A DNA stretch of 63,948 bases, the filler included, from Saprolegnia diclina VS20 (lineage: Eukaryota), in the NCBI RefSeq assembly GCF_000281045.1. It is 4 parts of 2 records of this genome, joined end to end, with 100 filler letters (N's around TTAATTAATTAA, not from the genome) between each part and the next. Parts side by side here need not be neighbours in the genome. Positions count along the whole stretch, not along the records: positions 27,459 to 57,759 come from NW_008246088.1; 3 more parts are not named here. One strand, given 5' to 3'. The position numbers and the translations under genes were made by a program. Below, one piece after another: positions 33,920-45,912 of this stretch (the first letter of the stretch is position 1; every line of letters starts with the position of its first letter). The notes beneath the pieces were generated by a model that worked only from the letters and a program-made list of their open reading frames with translations, did no database searches and had not been told where the DNA came from.

Positions 33920-36197
33920 ATGGTCGACGCCACGACGCCCCTCTACGTCTTCTACGGGTCGCAGACCGGCTGCGCCGAGTCCATCGCCGAGGTAGATACC
34001 TATCGCCACAGCTCTCTTGATGCTGATACTCGCCACATAGCGCCTGCAAAGCGACGCGATCGAGCGCAACGTGCCCTGCCACGAGGTTCGCCCCCTCGAT
34101 GCCTTTGAAAAGGTGCGCCAAGTCCTCCTAGCCGTGACCTCTCGTAAGAGCATGCGTTGTAGTCGGGCGTGCTGCAGGACGCGGCGGCGACGGTCGTTAT
34201 CGTATGCTCCACGACGGGCAACGGCGACCCGCCTGGCAATGCGGAGAAGTTCTGGCGCTACATCAAGAAGCGTGCGCACCCAGCCACGCTCCTCTCAACC
34301 ATTACCTTTACCGTGCTTGGTCTCGGCGACACCAACTACGACAAGTTCTGGTACAGACACATCCTCCTCCTCATCACATTCGAACACCGCTCTAGTCACA
34401 TGGGCAAGAGCATCTTCCGCCGCATGAAGGATCTTGGCGCCGTCAGCTTTTACGACCTCGGTACCTCGCTGACCGTAGTTGTACCTTCGGTCACGTTGCG
34501 TTGTCTGTAGGCTGTGCGGACGAGGCGATGGGTCTCGAAGATTCCGTCGAGCCGTGGATCGATGGGTTCTGGCCGGCGCTTCTCGGCGCTTCGTCGACGG
34601 CGACCGTGACGCCGGTTGTCGACAACACGACGGTCGTGGCGGCCATCACGCAAAGCATGGCGGCCGTTTCGGTCGCGCCCGCAGTGTTGCCGTCGCAGCC
34701 GTTCTTGGCGTCGTTCGAGAGCCTCTTGGGCGACACCATTGTCGAACCCGACGCCACCAAGCTGCCGCGGTTGCAAGAACCGTCGTTCTCTGTCTCGTTG
34801 CTTGCGCCCTCGGACGCGATTGCCAAGACGGTGGCCCAGGTCGCGACGGACACGCTGTACAGCGCGTCGAGTCCGTTTCTCGCTGGCATCGCGTCATCGC
34901 GGTACCTCACGACCCCGGCGTCCATCGATCGCACGGTCTTTGCCCTCGACCTCGACCTCACCGACTCGGGTATACGCCCCTTCGACACGCATGTTCTTAT
35001 CGCATGTAGGGATGACGTATGCACCGGGTGACGTGCTCGGTGTCAACTGCCCCAACGACGACGGGCTCGTCGAGTTCTTTCTGCAGCGCTTGCAGCTTGC
35101 ATCGTTTGCCGGCCACCGCCTCCAGCTCGAGCCGATCGCTTCGAGCAAGAAGAAGGTGTCGGGCATGCCGTTCCCGGCCCACGCGACCTTGCGCGACGTC
35201 GTCCGCGACCACTTGGATTTGGCCGCGCTTCCCAAGAAGGCGACGCTTCGCACCCTCGCGCCGCACTGTGCCGACGCCAAGGAGCGCACGCGTCTGCTCT
35301 GGCTGAGCAGCAAGGACGGCGCGCAGGACTTTAAAACGTTTATTGACGCCCAGTACCTCAGTGTCCTCGAAGTGCTCGCGCTCTTCCCGTCGTGCCACCC
35401 GCCGCTGCCCGTGCTGCTCTCGGTCCTTCCCCGCCTCTCGCCGCGCTACTACTCGATCGCGTCGTCGCCACTGGCGTCGCCTCTGCGCGCGACCATTGCG
35501 CTCACGCGCGTCGCCTACACGCAGCACGGCATTCCGCGGACGGGTCTCTGCTCCACGTGGCTGCATGACGTGGCGTTCTCCGGTGCGAGAACGCGCATCC
35601 CGATCTTTCTCAAGCCCGCGACCGACTTTGTCTTGCCGGACGACGCTTCGCGCCCGCTCGTGCTCATCGGTCCCGGCACCGGTGTCGCGCCGTTCGTGGG
35701 GTTTGTGCAGCACCGGTCGCTTCAGGTACACGTCGTTATTTTTTACGATATTATAGACCAATGGGACTCTAGGCGGCCCCGACACCGATCCACCTCTTCT
35801 TTGGCTGTCGCAGCAAGACCCAGGACTTTCTCTTTGGCGACAAGCTCCAGCAATACGCCGAGAGCGGTGTCTTGACGACCCTGGCGCTAGCGTTCTCGCG
35901 CGACCAGGTGCACACTCCCGGTTCCTTGTCCGTGCGCTCACCTTCTTCTCTTTGCAGGCGGAGAAGCACTATGTGCAACACGAGCTCGCTGTGCATGGCG
36001 CGACCGTCTATGACGCGCTCGCCAACGCCAACGGCATCGTGTACGTCTGCGGCGATGGCATGCACATGGCCAAGGACGTGCACGACGCGCTTGTCTCGGT
36101 CTTTGAAACGCACGGGGCACTCTCGCGGGTCGACGCCGAAGCGCAGCTCAAGCAACTCGCACTCGACGCCCGCTACGTGCGCGACATTTGGTGCTAA
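33920..36197 (+). CDS. MTRR: Diflavin reductase, most like methionine synthase reductase (multi-exon)
   Basis: FMN domain YGSQTGCAESIA, STTGNGDPP, GLGDTNYDKF, ADEAMGLE..VEPW. FAD motif PRYYSIAS. NADPH domain GPGTGVAPF, FFGCR, YVCGDG. C-terminal DIWC. No N-terminal TM. Confidence 0.78.
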
Positions 36198-36260
36198 ACC
36201 TCTGTTAATGGAGAGAATATTGTCCTTTCTGTGCACAACATGTCTTGAAGACGATGTGGG

Positions 36261-39200
36261 TCACTCCCACTGGTTGCTGACTTCGGGCGGGCGAATGGCG
36301 ACAGCCTGCTTGGCGCTCTCAACCTGCAACGCGTGCTGCCACCGCTTCACAAGAGTGTCTTCCATCTCCTTGTTCGGGTTGCGGAGCACGGCCACGCTAT
36401 ACTCGCCTAGAGCCGCCAGCGCTTGGGCCGCGAGCTACAACCGTGTGAATAGTATCGATTTATCAACCGGGCAATGAACCTCGGGTTTCTTGGCGACGAG
36501 CGCGACGTACAGCGCGTCATGGAAGCGTCGGCGGTGCATCAACGGCGCAATGTGCGCCTCGACGTCGATACCTTGACGTACGAGTGCCGCGATCGATCGC
36601 TGCAAGAGCGACGTGCCCTACGCCACTGTGTCCCGACTCGTCTTGATACAAAGTCGATAATCTACCAGAATGTCGTCGCTGTCGAGAGACGATCCGAGAA
36701 GGTGCGGCAGGAGCGTGCACAGCGTCTCGGTCGCAGTGTGCTGATGGACGATGTTGAAAGGACACTAACGACCAAGTTACGTACCTTGATGCAGAGGTTG
36801 GCTTGGATGTTCAGCGACACACTGGGCAGCGTCAAGGCCAGCGTGCCAAAACCAAACGCCTGGTAACCCGTCGAATCAAAACGAGCCATATACCACGAGT
36901 CGTACATCCAGATACGTGGCGAGGTAGTCGGCGAGGTCGAGGCTAATGTGCGGCGCGAGTGCCACCGCTCTCGTGGGCGACCCTTGCGCCACAAACATGC
37001 AAAACTGCAGCACTTCATTCGTGAGGTCGATCGCATAGACGCTAGTTCATGGTACTGGCCCCATCATCCCTTGTATAAAGAGCGTACCACTGGTGCACGC
37101 AGGTCATGTAGAGCTGCTCCTTGACGACACCGAGCAGCTGGAGGCCGCCACCAGGGTGTTGCTACATGTACACGTCGTCTTTCGAAAAGCAGCTTGATAG
37201 TGCACCTGCCGGACGGGCAGCTCGGCCGGGTGGATGCCCATGGGGTTGGCATTCTCGTTGAAGGACGCCGCACTGGCGAGGAGGAAGCTGAACGAGCGGC
37301 TGCCGCAGAAAAAGTAGCTCGTAATGTCCTCGTTGGTCGCGACAAAGAGCGTCATGTGCACCCAGAGCACCGAGACGACGGGCCGCGCGACGGCGATGCG
37401 GTGCAGAAGCGTGAGGACGCCGTCCCGGTACCGGTACAGGAGCATGTTGCGCGTGAAGACAAGGACGCAAAAGACGCCCGACTTGTCCCACTCGAGAAGC
37501 AGAGGTCCTTGCAGTGTTTCCCCGACCTACGCGTGCGAGACGAGTGTACGAACGAAGAGGAAGATGCGCCCGCGCACCTTGGTCAACTGCTTGGGCAACG
37601 ACGGGTGGCCGTCCACGGCGGCCATCTCGGGCGCGCCCCACTCGTAAAACTCGAGGTGGATCTTGACGTTGGCGACATCATCGACGCCGGCGGCCATGGA
37701 CGCCGACGTCGCATCCAAAGGCTTTGCTTTGGGCGACGCTGGCTTGTCGTCGGGCAAAACGCAGTACACGACACCGAGAAGCGGGCCCGAAAAGACGTGT
37801 ACGATCGGGTGTCGAAGCGTGAGCCGATCGACAAGCACGTTGGCTACACCGTTGACAATGTCGTAGAGCGCGATCGACGTCTCGGCCTCGAGGCTCTTGA
37901 CGTCGTTCTTGTAAAAGTACGAGAGCTGCGGCCCTGTGACGACATGTGTGTCATCGGCTTTGGAGAAGAAACCGAGCTTGCGCCGCGGGCTCTCGGTTGG
38001 CAAGACCGCCGCCGACGCGCTGCGCGTCATGCGCCGCGTTGGCGCCTCGTGCATCTAGAGCTTGGCATCACTACACGTATCAATGTATCGAGTGCGTACG
38101 GACAAGAGTGCGTAACGCAGCTTGTCGTGGTGCCATGCGATCGCTTGACCAGGTCCGTGCGTCACCTACGTCGACACGACCGTTGACAACTCGGATGTCT
38201 CTAATACCGCCGCACCATTTGGTATTGAACAGTATGGCTGTCGCGCAGCACCGACACCACCTGCGTCGACATTGACGGAATGCAAACTGGCGCGACTGCA
38301 CCTCAAAGTTGGCACCGTTGGCGGCGAGAATGGCGAGCATATCGCGCGACGGGTGCTTCCGGAGCACTGGAATCGACTCTTTGGTCACGTACTTGAGCGC
38401 GTAGAGCTCCTTCTTGGCCTTCTCGAGGAGCGGCACTGTGCGCAGATGCGTATTGGTGCTCAGGATCACGGCCGGAAGCCTAGCATCGACGCTAGTCCGC
38501 CATGTACACTACGGCCACGTACCCTGCCATCATTGTGGCGACGTGCGGTTTGAGGTGATGCAGCTTGAAGAGCAAGAGCCCTGCGATCGTGAGCAGCGTC
38601 CACAGAGTCTCATGTACCGTGGTTGGTCGCGCACCCGATGAGCGACTGGTCGCGCGGACACTGCACGACCGTGTTGATCTTGAGCTTCTTCGGTACTTTC
38701 TGCGCCAGCTCAATGCCCGACGAGGCATGGTGTGCGTACCGGGTGCAACGTGCGCACGTCTTTGGACACGTCGGCGCGCATGAGCGAGACATCGCCATCC
38801 GGCGTCGTCGGCTACATGCTGCGTCAGGGTCCGTGGGAATATGCGCCATCCATCGACGTACCTTGCCCTTCGAGTTGAGGTCCGAGATAAAGAGCTATGT
38901 AAATCAGAAAAATTACGCAAAAATCAAGCAAAAATCAAGCAAAAATCAAGCTCGACGACAATACAAGCGACGTCTGCGCGCACTGGAGCAGCACAAAGTT
39001 GTTTTTGCTCGAGCCCAAGAAGAGCGTCGCTTGCGTCGGTCGGATCGCGGTGGGCGCGGCCAAAAACCCTCCCGCAAAGGTAACCCTACCCCGATAGCGT
39101 CCTACTTTTCAAGAACTGTGACATAACACACCGCTGTTCCTTTTGTTTCGGTCTATCAAGGTATCAAGTCAAGTGCCAGAATGTGGAATACGCACCGGGA

Positions 39201-40369
39201 CGAGAGCAGGAACGAGACGTCGTAGAACAGGACGTGGCCGTCCTTGGAAACGCCAGCGATCGCGCCGTCTTGGCGCAGAAGCGTGACTTCGAGGAAGCCG
39301 GCCGCTTGCTTGGTGTCAAACTCGCTCGCGCGCGACTGCTGAAACTCGCTTTCCAAGTGGTGCAGCGACCACACCTACGTTATTGTCGACTTTCACGCAC
39401 GTTAAATGGACGCCAAAGAGGTACAATTGCTTTGCCCTCGGCGTTGATCGTGGTCAAGAAGCAGTGGAACTCGCTCGAGTGAAAGAGCGTATTGGGCGTC
39501 GTGTGCATGTGGCCGCCCGTGGACGGAATCAGCACCATGTGGGCGACGTCTACACCGCCACGTCATGGTTAATGCGACGATGGGAGGACGCACCGCGGGG
39601 CAGCCCCGTGTCGATGACATGGCACACTTTGGCCATGCGAGGGCTCCAGACGCGCACCTTGCTGTCGCTGCAGCCTGAACCGCCGTGACAAGCGTGCTGC
39701 AGAAAGTGCATTACCTATGGCGAGGAAGCCGCCCGGGAGCGTCTCGATCGATGTGGGTGTGGCGCGCTGGAGCTCGTCGGGCGTGATCAGTCGCGTCTAC
39801 CAGCAACTCGTAAAGGTACGTCGTGCGACAGCGGACGCACGGTTTTGCCATTGATGTCGCAAAAGAGGACGTGGTGCAACGTAAAGATGACGAGGTACTC
39901 TTCGTAGCATTCGATGCCATGGGCGACGCCAGACGCATGAGCGATCGCGTCGCGATCAAAGAAGAGAAGCGTCGCTGTCGCCTTGGTTTTGCTGCCGCCG
40001 AGCTTGGGCGAGAACGTCTTGGAGAGGTTGATCGCGCCCGGCGACTGCGGCGTGTCGGGCTCTGCGGGTGCCGCCGCATCTTCGCCCGTCTACGCCCATC
40101 GCGTTTGCCGATGCTTGCATAAATACGATGTGTACCGTGAGCGAGAAGCGCTTCAAGACCTCCTTTGTCTCGTAGTTCCAGACGACGCCAAAGTCCTTGT
40201 CTTCGACCGCCGCCGCCCATGGCCGGATCGGGTGGAACGTCAAGCCCGAGAGCTTGCTCTTCTTCTTACCCTGAAGACCATCGGCCGTCAAGAGCGCGTG
40301 GAACTCCATGCCAAACTTGTGGACGACCGTCGCCTCGGCCGGCAGCGTCCATGGCTCCGTCGTGTCCAT
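36261..40369 (-). CDS. Large WD40 protein, probable TSET/TPLATE complex subunit TTRAY2 (TWD40-2-like), many exons
   Basis: N-terminus KLSGLTFHPIRPWAAAVED...VWNYETKEVL, then LFFDRDAI, EYLVIFTLHHVLFCD, GCSDSKVRVW and KKLKINTVVQCPRDQSLIGCATNHG. These parallel my recollection of plant TWD40-2 motifs. ATG 40369, stop 36261. Confidence 0.6.
38917..38951 (+). repeat. Tandem repeat (GCAAAAATCAA)x3, intronic
   Basis: Three exact 11-bp units, read directly. Confidence 0.9.
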
Positions 40370-41013
40370 GGCTCGTCGAACGCGATCTTTGAATTTCAAC
40401 CAATCCCAAGCGACCGCGCTTGCGATTGGCCAAAATCATTTCGAAACAAGATCGCAAAAACCCTCGACCGACATTTCATCTCCAACGAACGACCTATCTC
40501 GACAAGCTCGTAACAAGACGGTGCAGGACTAGCAAGGTCTACCTCGTTGGCTCAAGAGCTAAAGAGACTCGGGATGGCCGCAGGAAGCGACCGATCATCG
40601 CTGCTACTGCTGGTTTCCTATCACTCGACGCCCCACAGCATCTCTCCGGGCGCGATGTATCCAGCTGCTATATCACTGCGTACGCCAGCTACGAGCAGCA
40701 ACAAAAGCGTGCTGGTAGGGCGCATCCTGCTCCTGTGTTTAAAACGGAAGCTAGATTCTGTCCCTACACGGCGACCTTGAAGTCGATGGAAACCGATTCG
40801 GCCAATGGCCTTGCGCCATCTATAGAAAATCAGCCAATCACGCATAGGCCGTCAGAGCATACAAACCGCAAGATCAGATCTTGTTGCGATGGCCGGGACG
40901 TTACTCCACCTTTGGCCACGAGCCCGACAGACGCCCGACCGACGACCGCTTCCTGCATCCATGGGCAGCTCTATTAGCTGGTGCACGAACCCGACGCATG
41001 ATGGTGGCCTTCC

Positions 41014-41782
41014 ATGGCAGCGACGACCTCGCCTCACGTCGATGTAGAGTGCCTAGAGAAGGCGCCGTCGCCGCTGCTCCTGCGCATGCACTCGTTCTCG
41101 TTCGATGGCGACGCGCATGGCCCACCACGGTCACCGTCCCGGTGCGTGCACATGTAATAGCAGGCGACGCGCTCATATCAATCTCTTGTAGCGCCGAGAC
41201 ACCTGGCGGTAAGCTACTGCGCGACTACTACAACCATGTGGTCGAGACCGAGAGCAACAGCGGGTGGGTCCTCATCGCACGGCCTCCTACTAGTCGCTAC
41301 ACCATCACCGATGATTAGCACCGACGATAGCGAATGTGCTGACGAGTAGGCACTTCCGTGCACCTCGATCCTGCACTTGAACGATCGTCGTGTAGGAAGC
41401 AAGTGCCCACGGCGCTGCTGCCACTCATCCACCCGACGCTCTCGGTGCGCGAGTCCAAGCGGCTAACGATCGACGCGACGCTTCACATGTACTCGACCAT
41501 CGACCTGCGTCCATCATCGGTACCTTCGCATGCGATTTCATCCCAAGACGACACCCTTTGCAGGCCGAGCCGCCATGCCGAAAGGTGCGAGCCGCCTCGA
41601 TGGACGCCATGCTGCGGAGTCCGCCACGCAGCCCCGTCGCCAAGCGGGTACGCCTCCACCACATACATAGTCGAATCCACCGACTAAGATACTGCTCGTA
41701 GGAGTGGGCGTACAAACCGTTTTGGTGCGACTTGCCGACGCGCGCACTGCCATTGACGCCTCGGTCGCCCGCGGCGAGCTAG
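41014..41782 (+). CDS. Hypothetical small multi-exon Ser/Pro-rich protein
   Basis: Short GT-AG introns give a continuous frame: MAATTSPHVDVECLEK...|AETPGGKLLRDYYNH...|...KQVPTALLPLIHP...|AEPPCRKVRAASMD...|EWAYKPFWCDLP...stop 41782. No domain recognised. Confidence 0.5.
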
Positions 41783-41821
41783 TTAGTCGATAACAATAAC
41801 TACTATTAGTATATAAGATGT

Positions 41822-44800
41822 CTACACCGTGGGCTTGACCCACGTGCTAATGCCCCGCTTCGCATGCGAGTAGTAGAACTTGCCGCGGATGCTGCGGCTC
41901 TCGCGCTTGACCCAGCCCGGCGGCAGCTTTTCTTCCTTGGGCATATCGGCCATCTGCTGCGCGCGCTTGGTCATCTCTTCCGGGTGGAAGTGGCAGATTT
42001 CCCTATGAGTCAGCATCTCAATCTCAACCTCAAAAACAAAACCAACGCACCGAAACATAAGCTCCTTGAGGTCCGTCTCGCCGAGGTCTTCGAAATCAAA
42101 GCTTTGAAACTTCTCGACCGTCGTGTCGCGCGACGCGTCATAGTACTGCGCGAGGTACGGGTGTCGCAGCGCGTCTTGCACCGAGAGCCGCTTGGTCGCG
42201 TCAAAGACGAGCAGCTTCCACAGCAGGTCGAGGGCCTCGGGGTTCGCGTTCGGGAAGAGCACCGAGACGTCAATGCCCTGCATCGACGGCGTCTTGCTCA
42301 AGAGCTGGCGGCCCTTGAACTTTTGCGCTTGTGGGTTCTCCTTGAACGAGTGCTCCTCGGGCACGCCGAGCACGTTCATGATGAGCTGGAGCTGGTGCAC
42401 ATATGACCGCCCGGGGAAGAGCGGCTTGCGGCCCAGCATCTCGGCCATGATACAGCCGGCCGCCCACACGTCGACGCCTTCGTCGTACGTGCTGCCGAGG
42501 AGGAGCTCAGGCGCTCGGTACCAGCGCGTCACCACGTACTCGGTCATGCCAAGATCGTCAACGTCTTTCGGTCGCGCAAGGCCCATGTCGCAAATCTTGA
42601 GCTGGCAGTCCGAGTTGATGAGGAGGTTGCTCGGCTTGAGGTCGCGGTGGAGCACGCCGCACGCGTGCATGTGCTCGAGGCCGCTCAGCATCTGGTAGAC
42701 AAAGTACCGAATGTGGTCGTCGCTCAGCACTTCCTTCGAGTAGATGATCCGGTGCAGATCCATCTCCATGAGGTCGACCGTCATGTAGACGTCCCGGAAA
42801 TCTTGGTACGACGGCGGCGGAATGAGGTCCATGAGCGACAGAATGTTCTCGTGGCAGAGGTGCCGCATCAGGCGCACTTCGCGCAGAATTTGCTTGAGCT
42901 GGTGCGGGTGCCAGATGCAGTCAATCACCTTCTTGATCGCGACGCTGCCACCCGTGTCGTTGTTGGTCGCGGCAATCACGATGCCGTACGCACCGCGGCC
43001 GCAGACCTTGATGAGGTTGTAGTGCTTTGGGATCACAAACGGCGCGCTGCAGACGGTAAAGACGTGCATGGTGGCGTCGTCTTCGCACTCTTTCGCCTTG
43101 AGCGGGTCGATCATGAACGCCGACTCGGGCGACTCGGGCTTCTCGCCACTTTCCAATGCCGACTTGGGATCGACGTTGACGTTGGACCAGCCGGGGCGCC
43201 CAATCTCCTCGGCGTTCTTCTTGGCGTGCCACTGCATGAGGTGCACCGGCGTGCCCCGGCCGTCGTCCGACTTCGGCTTGTCGTCAATGACCGAGCACGA
43301 CACGCTGATCTGGACCCGGCCGCAAAACTCGCCCTTGCCGTTGCCCATCGTCACCCACTGCGTCTGGCCCGCGCTCTGCTCGACAATGTACCGGGCAACG
43401 TTGACGGTCGCGGACGCCGCGACTGCCTTCTCGCCCTTGGCCATCTCAACGACGTCGACGTGGAGCCGGCACGGGCCCTGAATGTTCTCGAACGGAAGCT
43501 CAATCACCGCGTTCCACACGGGCGCGACCACGTCCGAGTTGGAGAGACCGCGGTTCCGCGCCACGTCCGTCATGTTGTCCTCGCCGCTCTTGCGCTCAAA
43601 GGCCATGGGCGTTGAGCTCGCGCTGCTGGACGCCGACGACATGGTCTGCCGGTACATCATGCTGCTCGCCGAACTTAGCCGACGAGAGATCGTCGCAGGG
43701 AGGGACGGCAACTGCACCGGGATCGGCAACGACGGCAGGTACGACGACGCCGTCGACGTCGGTGCCGGTGGCGGCGGTGGCGGCTCGTCGCCCGTGAGCA
43801 GCTTGAGAATCACCCGCGGGTCCTTGAGGCCGACGCCGGTCGAGCTCTTCTTGCCCGACGCCGTGATCCGCGACTTGATGCCCGAGCCTTGCAGCACGCG
43901 CACGGTGAGCGTGCCAGACGTGGGCGTCGGCACTTCGTGGAGGTCCTGCGGCAAGCTCAGGGTCGTGGCCGCGCCGGGGACCTTGAAGACGGCCGAGGCC
44001 GCAACGACATCGCCGTTGATTTCAAACTTCATGAGGCGGCCGTCGGGGCTAAAGTTGAACTTGTGCACCCAGTTTTGGACAAACTTGCGCCGGTCTTTGG
44101 CGTTCTCGAGCTCCTCCTTGCCGGACGCGACCGCGACGCTGTCTTCCATCACAATGCCCTCAATCTTGAAGTGGTACCACAGCGTGTTGGACGCAAAGAG
44201 GTTGAGGTACGTGAGGAGCCCAGCGATACCCCGGTAGTTTCCGCAAAATGGCACGGACGGCGGGTAGTTGCTCGAGATCAAAATGTCCTTGTCGAGAAGC
44301 CGAAAGAAGCGCGTAAAGACCTGCTCGGACGGCGGCGGGACCGTCACGGCCATGTCGCCCGACGTGCGCCAGTTGCCGCTGAACGCCGTGTAGAGCACGA
44401 TCAACATCGCGTAAAATTCTTCAATTTCGAGCGGAAAGACGGGCAGATCCGGAAGGGACACCATGGCCTCCTGCGCGAGCCGCATCCAGATCACGCGCTC
44501 CATGGCCGACGGCGCCGTGAGCTGCAGCGTCTTGCCATCGGCGGTCGCAAACACAAAGCCGTGGGTCCGACCCGGCGCCTCCTTGACGCCCGAGATCGTG
44601 TACGCCGTGTACGCGGGCGGCGGCGGCGGCTTGCCGTCCACGGGCGACAGTTGCAGCGTCGCCACGTACGCCTCCTTGGATGCATACCCTAGGCGCAACG
44701 ATAAGACCATGGGATATAGAGAATTTTGCCAGCGTACGCTTGAGCGTCGTGCCATGTAGCACGTAGTAGTGCTTCTCCCATCGCCGGAGCCACTCGCTGC

Positions 44801-45269
44801 GCTTGCTCAGAAAGCCTTCCCACTCGATGGGCTCGAGCACCGATGGCACGAGATCGTCGAGCACGGGCGTGTCGCCCATCTCGACGGCTTCCTTGGCGTC
44901 GTCGAGGATGCTCTGGAGGTCGTCGCCGGCGTCGTCGGGAAGGCCGTTGACCGAGACCGAGATCCGTCCCGTCTCCGACATGGAGAGCGACTGGTGGTAC
45001 AAGTTGGACTCTTTCCCGCCTTTGCTGAGCCGCGCGTCCATGAGCACTTCGGTTGCGGTCTCGGAGATGCTGCCAATGTCCATGCGGGCCAAGGACGCGC
45101 CGAGCGAGAGCCGGCCGTACTCGAGCGTCAAGCTTTCGAGGCTGCTTCGGAGCGGCGGGTCCATCCCGAGCTCCTCGAAGAGCGACTGCCGCCACGCGCG
45201 CTCGCGCTCGCCGCTCGTGTAGCAGTCGCTCTGCGTCCTCGACTTGCGCTTCGGCGCACTCTCGGCCAT
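41822..45269 (-). CDS. Multidomain MAP kinase: PH - SnoaL/NTF2-like - C2 - MAPK (TEY) - WW
   Basis: PH: WEGFLSKRSEWLRRWEKHYYVL...ERVIWM. SnoaL-like: VPFCGNYRG...WVHKFNFSPDGRL. C2: GTLTVRVLQG...PVWN...GRVQISV. Kinase: GRGAYG, HRDLKPSN, MTEYVVTRWYRAPE. WW: LPPGW...YYSH...TWVKP. Confidence 0.9.
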
Positions 45270-45912
45270 CCTCTGTGTGGGGTTTTGAGTAACAGCCTGC
45301 GGCCTGTTTACCGGATTTTTCCCGGGGACTTTCTACATCAACCGGATAACCCACGTTGCGCGTATAGACAGGAGCCACGACGACGGTCGTCGTACTAGTA
45401 GCCGACGCCTGCTGAGGCGAGGTTGCGTGCGTCCAGCAAAGCCGACCGCGTCCTGCTCAAGACCCAGCGTCGAGCGCCACGTTCATGCAATGCTGAATGG
45501 ATAGGCTAAAATCACGCCATTCGTGATAGACCACGGCCCGTGAGCAACGCGCCGGTTCAACCCGCTGGTCGAGCGTTCTTGAAGAGGTTCTTGAAGCCTA
45601 AAGGCCTGCTTGAAGCCCGTTGTTATGCTTGCATATTGGTCGTTCCTTCTCGCACGATTATTTAGTGTCAGAGTTGTCGATCAAGGACACTCGAAGCTGA
45701 CGACTCGACACCTTGCTGGGCGCACGTGGCTCCGTTGTCGTCTGCGCGCGCTGCAGGTTGTGCTTCAATCTGATATCCTCACGCCATAGAAGGACAGTGT
45801 TGCCAGGTGTATGTGCCGTCGCCAGCGCCCCGCGAAATGTGAGCAACGGGTCTGCGGTCGGGGCGAAGTTGGGTGCGATTAGAGTCACGTCAGTTTGCCT
45901 TTTCGAGCGAAA

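Noticed and set aside
38950..39195. Apparent long intron possibly hosting a ncRNA
   Set aside because: Resolves into a micro-exon plus a normal exon (RPKQKEQRVTFAGGFLAAP...) of the WD40 gene.
45574..45618. Repeated TTCTTGAAG as a heat-shock element
   Set aside because: Spacing between units is out of register for contiguous nGAAn arrays, and the flanking genes are not obvious heat-shock genes.
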